Of a stretch of DNA of 42,639 bases, positions 36,876 through 42,639 are shown piece after piece. The notes under the pieces were generated by a model. The model was not told the DNA's origin, did no database searches, and saw only the letters and a list, made by a program, of their open reading frames with translations. Made by a program: the position numbers and the translations under genes. The DNA is from a virus (taxonomy: Duplodnaviria > Caudoviricetes). The DNA lies in the IMG/VR virus record IMGVR_UViG_3300025687_000095, positions 1 to 42,639 of that record; one strand, given 5' to 3'. How positions within the stretch are numbered: the stretch's first letter is position 1; each line of letters starts with the position of its first letter.

Positions 36876-37409
36876 TTACGCTCCCATTGCGTTTTGTACG
36901 CCCTCAGCGATTGGGGTTTTCTGCATAAAGCGCATTTCGACATCGCGAATGGCTTCTGGCGGAAGCTCCTCAAAATCTTGCTTGAGCTGCTGCATTTCCT
37001 GGTCGTTCATGCCACCGCTCATTTCAGCGAACATTTCAACCGTCTTGTAAAACGCCATTTCTGCGGTCTGCTCATCGGTTTGGATGCCGGCTTTTTCCGC
37101 CATTTCCAAAAGCAGGTCGATCAGCTCGCCCGCCGCGTGGAACAGAATGTCATGTGAGATGTCACGCTTTGCGCGCTTTTTAATTGCCTCACCGAGCATG
37201 TTCACAATCTGCGCGATGGTTGCCGGCAAATCAGACGACGACTTCATCATTTCGACAAAGCGGTCGGACATCTGCTTGTTGTACATCATGGCCATACCCG
37301 AGTTGACCACCGCGTCATAGATGCGCTGCTCGTTCTCCGGTGCGTACTCGCCTACGCGAGTTTCGTCCTGGGCGCCGCCCAACAGACCCATATCTGTCAT
37401 TTCTGCCAT
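36876..37409 (-). CDS. Hypothetical acidic helical protein in ejection cluster
   Basis: 177 aa, AAGGAG RBS. Confidence 0.6.
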   Translation of the reverse strand: MAEMTDMGLLGGAQDETRVGEYAPENEQRIYDAVVNSGMAMMYNKQMSDRFVEMMKSSSDLPATIAQIVNMLGEAIKKRAKRDISHDILFHAAGELIDLLLEMAEKAGIQTDEQTAEMAFYKTVEMFAEMSGGMNDQEMQQLKQDFEELPPEAIRDVEMRFMQKTPIAEGVQNAMGA

Positions 37410-37420
37410 GTCGTACTCCT

Positions 37421-38458
37421 TTAAGCGTATGAGAAGGTGCCGCCGGTGCCGTCGGCTTCAGCGTCCAATTCGTCGGGCGAGCGATAACGTAGACCCACAC
37501 CCGGAACGTATTCCCAGCGACCGGCGCGGAATGTGTTCACACGATTGAGTTCTTCGTTACGAATGCGATCTTCTTCGGCCAGTTTTGCCGCCTGCGCATC
37601 TTCTTCCGCCTTGGCCGTGGCGTAACCGCTCAATGCGCTACCGCCCGTTGTAATCAACGCGGCCTTACTGAAATCACCCATGTTGTTCCAGGTGCTGCTA
37701 ATCAGACCGGGGCTTCCGGTGTTACCAACGCCGGTTGCAACCGCCTTGTCGGCCGCACTGGCAATGACATTGCCGCTGTTGCCTGCCAAGGTAGACCCCC
37801 CAACGTTCTGCACACCTGACGCGAGGTTGGTCCCAAGGTTGGTGCCGCCGGTTGCGCTATTGAGTGCCAATGAGTTACCAGCATTCATGCCCGCGCCGAT
37901 TTCCGTCTGCGCCAGTGGCGTAACAGAATTCGATGCCGCCACGCCATCCAAGGTCATGGCCGCCGAATCCATCGTCGCGCCGGTACCAAACTGACCTGCC
38001 GACATTTGGCTGCCAGTGAAGCTGTTTTGCATGACCGCGTTATCGGCAGCCGCACTAAGCGAGGTGTTACCTGCAGCCGCATTGGCGCCGGTGGCTACCT
38101 GGCTCGTTGCCGTGGTGCCGGTACCGATGCCCGAGTTGATGCTGGCGATGGATTCCTGCGTGCCAAAACCAGGAAGACCCGATCCGCCCAGCCAGCCACC
38201 GCCAACGCTACCGCCGGCTGAGCTGATCATGCCCGCCGCCTGCGATCCGGCGCCGGGCACAAATAACGACGATCCGGTCCCGGCCGTCCCCGAGAACATG
38301 GACGCAAGGTGTGTACCACTACCGGTCAATGTGCCATTGGCCAGGGCATAACCGCCGAAATACACCGCCGCCGCAACCGCAACGACAGGTAGCACTTTTT
38401 TCACGACCTTGGTTACGGACTTAAATACCTTCTTCACTGCTTTAACAGCACTACTCAT
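37421..38458 (-). CDS. Gly-rich internal virion / DNA-ejection protein
   Basis: ATG 38458 with AAGGAG RBS (345 aa); Lys-rich amphipathic N-helix, hydrophobic helix, G/A/S/T-rich body. Confidence 0.65.
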   Translation of the reverse strand: MSSAVKAVKKVFKSVTKVVKKVLPVVAVAAAVYFGGYALANGTLTGSGTHLASMFSGTAGTGSSLFVPGAGSQAAGMISSAGGSVGGGWLGGSGLPGFGTQESIASINSGIGTGTTATSQVATGANAAAGNTSLSAAADNAVMQNSFTGSQMSAGQFGTGATMDSAAMTLDGVAASNSVTPLAQTEIGAGMNAGNSLALNSATGGTNLGTNLASGVQNVGGSTLAGNSGNVIASAADKAVATGVGNTGSPGLISSTWNNMGDFSKAALITTGGSALSGYATAKAEEDAQAAKLAEEDRIRNEELNRVNTFRAGRWEYVPGVGLRYRSPDELDAEADGTGGTFSYA

Positions 38459-38903
38459 GATTGTTCTCCTTCGGAAATTGCAGATAGGTCCCACCGACTC
38501 TCTGCAATCCGAGTCGGCCAATGAACTCGTCTGAGCGTGGAATCCCAGACGAAACTGACAGGCCAACCAGGCGAACGCCCGGCTGTTCCCATCCCCATTT
38601 CAAGAATTTCTTCGCCAGCCGGTAGCCGTCGTTGCCTTCTTGAACATAAAACATGATGTCGGACGCCTGCTGGCCCTTGACCGGAAACGCAATGTGATCC
38701 GTTGCGCCCAGTAGAAACCCAACAATTTTTCCCTCCAGCTCAGACACCCACAAAAACATTCGCTTGCTGCCAATGGCAAAGGCCAGCATCTTTTTTGCCG
38801 CCGTCTCATCTTCTTCAAGGTAGGCATACGGACTGTTTCGGTGGAGGTCACGCAAGACCGGAATCAACTTTTGAATGTCTTCCACTTTGGCTTGGCGAAT
38901 CAT
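38451..38903 (-). CDS. GNAT-family acetyltransferase-like protein
   Basis: 150 aa; MIRQA...D, V.E..GKIVGF, FYV....G.RL, F..RLG...VG; usual position before ejection genes. Confidence 0.75.
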   Translation of the reverse strand: MIRQAKVEDIQKLIPVLRDLHRNSPYAYLEEDETAAKKMLAFAIGSKRMFLWVSELEGKIVGFLLGATDHIAFPVKGQQASDIMFYVQEGNDGYRLAKKFLKWGWEQPGVRLVGLSVSSGIPRSDEFIGRLGLQRVGGTYLQFPKENNHE

Positions 38904-38908
38904 GCGGT

Positions 38909-40618
38909 TTACTTTTGGGTTGCTAGAGCGACAGTCTCTTCACGAATGTCGTCAGTCCAAATGCTGTCTGGTAGATCAATCTGATCCGCTGTGGCCAGTG
39001 CATTAAGCGCGGCCAGATTGGCATTGAGCTGCGAAACCGCCTCTTCGATGCGCTTCTTACGTGAGTTATCGTCGAGGTCCTTATTCGAGTTGATGTCACC
39101 GACCGTTTTCTGGAACTGAGTGAGAATCTGACTGGTCGACGCGTACTGCTGCACGTTCTGGTTGCCCTGAATCTGCACCATGAGCTGATCGATCTTGGCC
39201 TGGCTTTCCAGGGGCAATAGCGCCTTGGTGTTTTCAAAGCGTTTTTCCAAGTCAGCCATGTTTTCTGCAATACGCTGGTCGCTTTCTTGGGCAGACAAGT
39301 CGCTCTTCATGTCGTACTCAGACTCCAGGAGACCCGACTTGAATTCCTCAGCCTGGGTTTGTGCGCGCAAATCCAGGTCCGACTTCATTTCGGTCAACGC
39401 AGCCGCCGCGCTTTCGGCCTGGGTCTGCAGCTCCTTTTGCACCTGCGCCTTGGCTTCCTGCAATGCCGCCTCTGCGTCAATCTGACGCCCTTGCATCAGC
39501 TCATTGGAAGCAATTTCTGCTTGCTTCAGCGCAACACGACTGGAAATTTCGGCTTCTGAAATTTCCAACTGCGTGCTGAGCTGTGCCGTCCATTCCTTTT
39601 CCTTCGCCGTGATTTCATTGGCTTGGACTTCAAGTCGATTCGACAGCTCGGCAGCGGAAATTCCTTCTTGCGAAGCGATGCGCTCCATCGTCAATTCTTT
39701 CTCAAGCGCATTCTTGGCCTCTGCCATAGCGACCTGCGCTGTAATCTCATTCCCTGCGATCTTTTCACGCGAGGTAATGTCCGCTGCGCTGAGTGCTAGA
39801 CGATTAGCAAGTTCGGCTTCACTGATACCTTCGCGCGAAGCAATCTCCGCCAGGTATTGCTTTTCTTGTGCCGTGATTTCAGAGGCTTGCATCGTGAGCC
39901 GGTTGTTGAGTTCCGCTTCACTGATACCTTCGCGCGAGGCGATTTCGGCCATGTACTTCTTTTCTTCGGCAGAAAGTTGTTTATCCACCTGCCCAGCCTG
40001 GAAGGACTCAGCCTGGGTTTGCGCTTTCAAGTCCAGGGTAGACTTGGTTTCAAGTAGTTCTTTTTCGCCAGCGATACCGGCTGCGATCGTACCGGCACCC
40101 GCATAGTCACCAAACCCCATGGATTGTTGGTATTTCTGATCTTCATTGAGGCGAGTCTGCTCCCCCGTCGCTGCGATCTTGGCCAAATCGTTGTTGGCAT
40201 TCAGATCGTTCAAGCTGTATTGCTGCTGATAGTCCTGGTTCGACAACGCGGAGTTGTACTGATAGGCATTGCTATCGACGCCAAACTTGTTGGTCCAGTC
40301 TTGGTTGGTCAATGCCTGCTTGTTGTAGGTGTCTGCATCCTGCTGCGCGATGGGGAGCGCTGCGGTCAGCACGGCTTCCTGCCCGGCCTGAACGCCCATG
40401 GCTGAATTGAGCAATCCGCGTTTATTCGCCTCTTGCGCAGCGCGCGTAGCCGCCCGCTGCATCAACGGGGAGTTGGTACTCAGGATGTTGTCGAGCTGCC
40501 CCTGAACCGTTGCGTTCGGATTAACTGTCCCAGTCGTTGGCCCGACCACGCCCGTCGGTTGACCCGGCAACGTCGGTTGAATCGGTTGGATCGTGGTTGG
40601 ATTGGTCGTAGCCATCAT
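38909..40618 (-). CDS. Internal virion protein with long 11-residue-repeat coiled coil
   Basis: 569 aa; TV.GQL..IL..NSPLMQ.A...RGLLNS.M...A...A....ALPIAQQDA N-domain, then hendecad repeats. Confidence 0.7.
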   Translation of the reverse strand: MMATTNPTTIQPIQPTLPGQPTGVVGPTTGTVNPNATVQGQLDNILSTNSPLMQRAATRAAQEANKRGLLNSAMGVQAGQEAVLTAALPIAQQDADTYNKQALTNQDWTNKFGVDSNAYQYNSALSNQDYQQQYSLNDLNANNDLAKIAATGEQTRLNEDQKYQQSMGFGDYAGAGTIAAGIAGEKELLETKSTLDLKAQTQAESFQAGQVDKQLSAEEKKYMAEIASREGISEAELNNRLTMQASEITAQEKQYLAEIASREGISEAELANRLALSAADITSREKIAGNEITAQVAMAEAKNALEKELTMERIASQEGISAAELSNRLEVQANEITAKEKEWTAQLSTQLEISEAEISSRVALKQAEIASNELMQGRQIDAEAALQEAKAQVQKELQTQAESAAAALTEMKSDLDLRAQTQAEEFKSGLLESEYDMKSDLSAQESDQRIAENMADLEKRFENTKALLPLESQAKIDQLMVQIQGNQNVQQYASTSQILTQFQKTVGDINSNKDLDDNSRKKRIEEAVSQLNANLAALNALATADQIDLPDSIWTDDIREETVALATQK

Positions 40619-40638
40619 TTCACTCCGCAGTAAGCGTT

Positions 40639-40818
40639 TTATTCACCCATCATCGCGGCGTCTTCGATCAAGCCGCCTTCAGCGCCCATGCCCATCGGCG
40701 TATAGCTCAAACATTCGCAGCCGCCGTTTTCGCCGTAATCCAGGGAGATTTGCGGCGCGTTGCACATCCCTTCGCTGTTGTATTCGCAGTCCATGCACTT
40801 ACACATTGCTTCAGTCAT
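40639..40818 (-). CDS. Small Cys-rich protein (DUF1540-like)
   Basis: ATG 40818 with AAGGA RBS; C.C..C.YN..G.C.A..I...C.C.SY pattern. Confidence 0.55.
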   Translation of the reverse strand: MTEAMCKCMDCEYNSEGMCNAPQISLDYGENGGCECLSYTPMGMGAEGGLIEDAAMMGE

Positions 40819-40987
40819 TTCGTTTTCCTTCAACAATACAAACCGTATCCGTGCGCATTTCGCACACAGACTGCGGCAACTTTAAAGAATCAAAAGCTCG
40901 ACGCTCTTCATCCGTCATCGTGAGGTGACGTAGCGTTGAGCAGGCGGATAAGCTGGCTGCGATCACCCCGGCCAGTACGGGGCGCAA
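40811..40987 (-). CDS. Putative lipoprotein (o-spanin-like)
   Basis: From TTG 40987: MRPVLAGVIAASLSAC lipobox; weak RBS, start uncertain. Confidence 0.45.
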   Translation of the reverse strand: MRPVLAGVIAASLSACSTLRHLTMTDEERRAFDSLKLPQSVCEMRTDTVCIVEGKRND

Positions 40988-41060
40988 GTAACGGATCGCT
41001 CGAATTGGACGGCCTACTTCCCCCGGTAACGGGCGTGTGTTTAAGGGTTCGGCCAAAAAC

Positions 41061-41522
41061 CTAACGCTTAACGGCGCTCGCGCCAACGTAAAAACTGAAA
41101 ATCATAATGGCGACTTCTTTCGCCCACTCTGGGAATACCACGGCATCTTTAATCACCTGATACTCGACTTCGGTGCGCACGTTGTCCCAGAACAAGAACG
41201 ACCAGCCCTTCTGCACTTCAACAGGTACGGCCACGCCAATGTCTGAAAGCCAGGGCGCAATCGCAGAGATCACAAAGATCATCGCCATAAAGCCCAGCAC
41301 AAGAACGCGGCGCGTCATGCTGCTGAACTTGTCGCCAACACGAACCTGAAACTCTTTGTTCGACAATTCAGAGCGCAGTTGCATCATTTCCTTGTCAAAG
41401 GTCAGGCGCTCCATCAACAGCTTCTGCTCATCGGCTTTTGCCTTTTGAGCATTCGCCATCAGGCCAGAAACGATCCCCACGCCATTAGAGGCAATGGCGA
41501 GTATTGCTTCAACACCGAACAT
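41061..41522 (-). CDS. Holin-like protein (3-TM type)
   Basis: ATG 41522 with AAGGGG RBS, 153 aa; TRR..V..F hydrophobic helix and C-terminal IFSFYVG..AVKR. Confidence 0.6.
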   Translation of the reverse strand: MFGVEAILAIASNGVGIVSGLMANAQKAKADEQKLLMERLTFDKEMMQLRSELSNKEFQVRVGDKFSSMTRRVLVLGFMAMIFVISAIAPWLSDIGVAVPVEVQKGWSFLFWDNVRTEVEYQVIKDAVVFPEWAKEVAIMIFSFYVGASAVKR

Positions 41523-41673
41523 CGCTGTCCCCCTTGCATTCGTTTGCCAGGCAGTTGTAGAGGTGCTGCAAAACACCGACTACCTTTTGTCGTTTTGCGT
41601 CGTCCGGACTCACTAACGCATCGATGGCTTCGGCTAACGCATCCATAAAGTTGCGCTTCTGATCGTCATCCAT
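41509..41673 (-). CDS. Small hypothetical protein
   Basis: 54 aa from ATG 41673, purine-rich RBS, overlaps both neighbours. Confidence 0.5.
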   Translation of the reverse strand: MDDDQKRNFMDALAEAIDALVSPDDAKRQKVVGVLQHLYNCLANECKGDSDVRC

Positions 41674-42031
41674 CGTTTCCATCCTTGTTAGATTTACCTT
41701 TAACGTAAGCATCCGCACCAAAGAAGGCGCCAACCACAATAGACACCGCCATGAAATACGTCGGGGCCATATCTGCGATTACACTGCTTGCATTGGAATA
41801 ACCTAGCGCCTCAGTGCCAAACACCAAGGTCGGGTAAAGCAACAACCCTGCCAAGGCAAACCAGACCATGCGGGATTGCTGCTCATACCGCTCTTTAGCT
41901 TGCTGCCGCGCAAGATCGCGTTCGGCATCTGCATCTTCCATCTCGCGGCGCTTGGCTTCGAGATAGATTTCCATTTCGCGCTCAGAAACACTGCCATCGC
42001 CATTGAGGTCGGCTTTCTGAAATTCAGTCAT
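41666..42031 (-). CDS. EF-hand-containing two-TM holin-like protein
   Basis: 121 aa; DLNGDGSVSERE loop, coiled coil, two TM helices, ends VGAFFG. Confidence 0.65.
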   Translation of the reverse strand: MTEFQKADLNGDGSVSEREMEIYLEAKRREMEDADAERDLARQQAKERYEQQSRMVWFALAGLLLYPTLVFGTEALGYSNASSVIADMAPTYFMAVSIVVGAFFGADAYVKGKSNKDGNDG

Positions 42032-42032
42032 G

Positions 42033-42464
42033 TCAGTTCCCTGATAATGGGTTGTCCAGCGCTTTTTGCAGCTTGTCTTCTAGGTCGGCCTTGTTTTGCT
42101 CAACCTTGACTTCAAACTTGTCCATCTTGTTTTCAAAATGGACAACCTTGTCGTTTACTCGCTTTTCCACATCGTAGATAAGCTGTTTTGCATCGCGCAG
42201 ATTCTGCTCAATCGATTCCAGCAACTTTTCTTGCGTTTCGATCTTGTTATCGGTCTGCTCCATTTGCGCCTGGTATGCACCGATGTCGAGGCTGGCCAAC
42301 TCTTCGACCTTGAGCCAGATTTGAAAACCGCCATACAGCGTACCAATCAGACTGCCAACCACGGTAAGCGCAGCCAGTCGTGCACCCCAGGACATCTTGC
42401 CGACATGAGACTTCAGGAATTTGACTTGATCCTGAATGTCATCTGTTTCACGCCGACCGCTCAT
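42033..42464 (-). CDS. Single-TM coiled-coil protein (lysis module, spanin- or holin-associated)
   Basis: 143 aa, GAGG RBS; TM LAALTVVGSLIGTLYGGF then long heptad region. Confidence 0.6.
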   Translation of the reverse strand: MSGRRETDDIQDQVKFLKSHVGKMSWGARLAALTVVGSLIGTLYGGFQIWLKVEELASLDIGAYQAQMEQTDNKIETQEKLLESIEQNLRDAKQLIYDVEKRVNDKVVHFENKMDKFEVKVEQNKADLEDKLQKALDNPLSGN

Positions 42465-42537
42465 TTATACCTCGGACTATAATTTATACTTCGGCATATA
42501 ATCGACTATAATTGCAGAGCGTGAAACGCGGTCTGCG

Positions 42538-42578
42538 CTCTGCAAATGAGGTAACCTACTCTGCAAATGAGGTAACCT
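42538..42578. repeat. Tandem 20-bp direct repeat
   Basis: CTCTGCAAATGAGGTAACCT at 42538 and 42559. Confidence 0.85.
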
Positions 42579-42639
42579 CTTTGTGCCTATCACACAGGCA
42601 GCTACGGCTTCCATGTGTGAGGCTGGCAAACATACTCAA

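Noticed and set aside
1-42639. Diversity-generating retroelement as in BPP-1
   Set aside because: No reverse transcriptase motif and no template/variable repeat pair seen; the fibre C-terminus is outside the window so it cannot be fully excluded.

Overview
Near-complete, circularly permuted genome of a temperate podovirus-like phage of a probable proteobacterial host, in its excised form (intact attP with a tRNA-Glu 3' end next to a P4-family integrase). Minus strand: lysis-type membrane genes, ejected internal virion proteins including a 3587-aa multi-domain polyvalent protein, then cro, primase-helicase, an iteron/palindrome region, terS, terL, a Q-like gene with a lambda pR'-like late promoter and terminator, portal, scaffold, N4-gp56-type capsid, adaptor and tail genes. 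The tail fibre runs off the left end. Plus strand: an HTH repressor with an atypical C-terminal domain, then an APSE/BPP-1-like replication operon (Cas4-like exonuclease, SSB, family-B polymerase, VRR-NUC, SNF2 helicase, excisionase). The most notable signal is a 90-codon gene overprinted in the +1 frame inside the giant protein gene, just before an ADP-ribosyltransferase-like domain, supported by a codon-position GC inversion. The giant protein also carries SAP, two ART-like, two HExxH and tandem intact/degenerate JAB domains. All family assignments are from motif recognition by eye; no searches were run.
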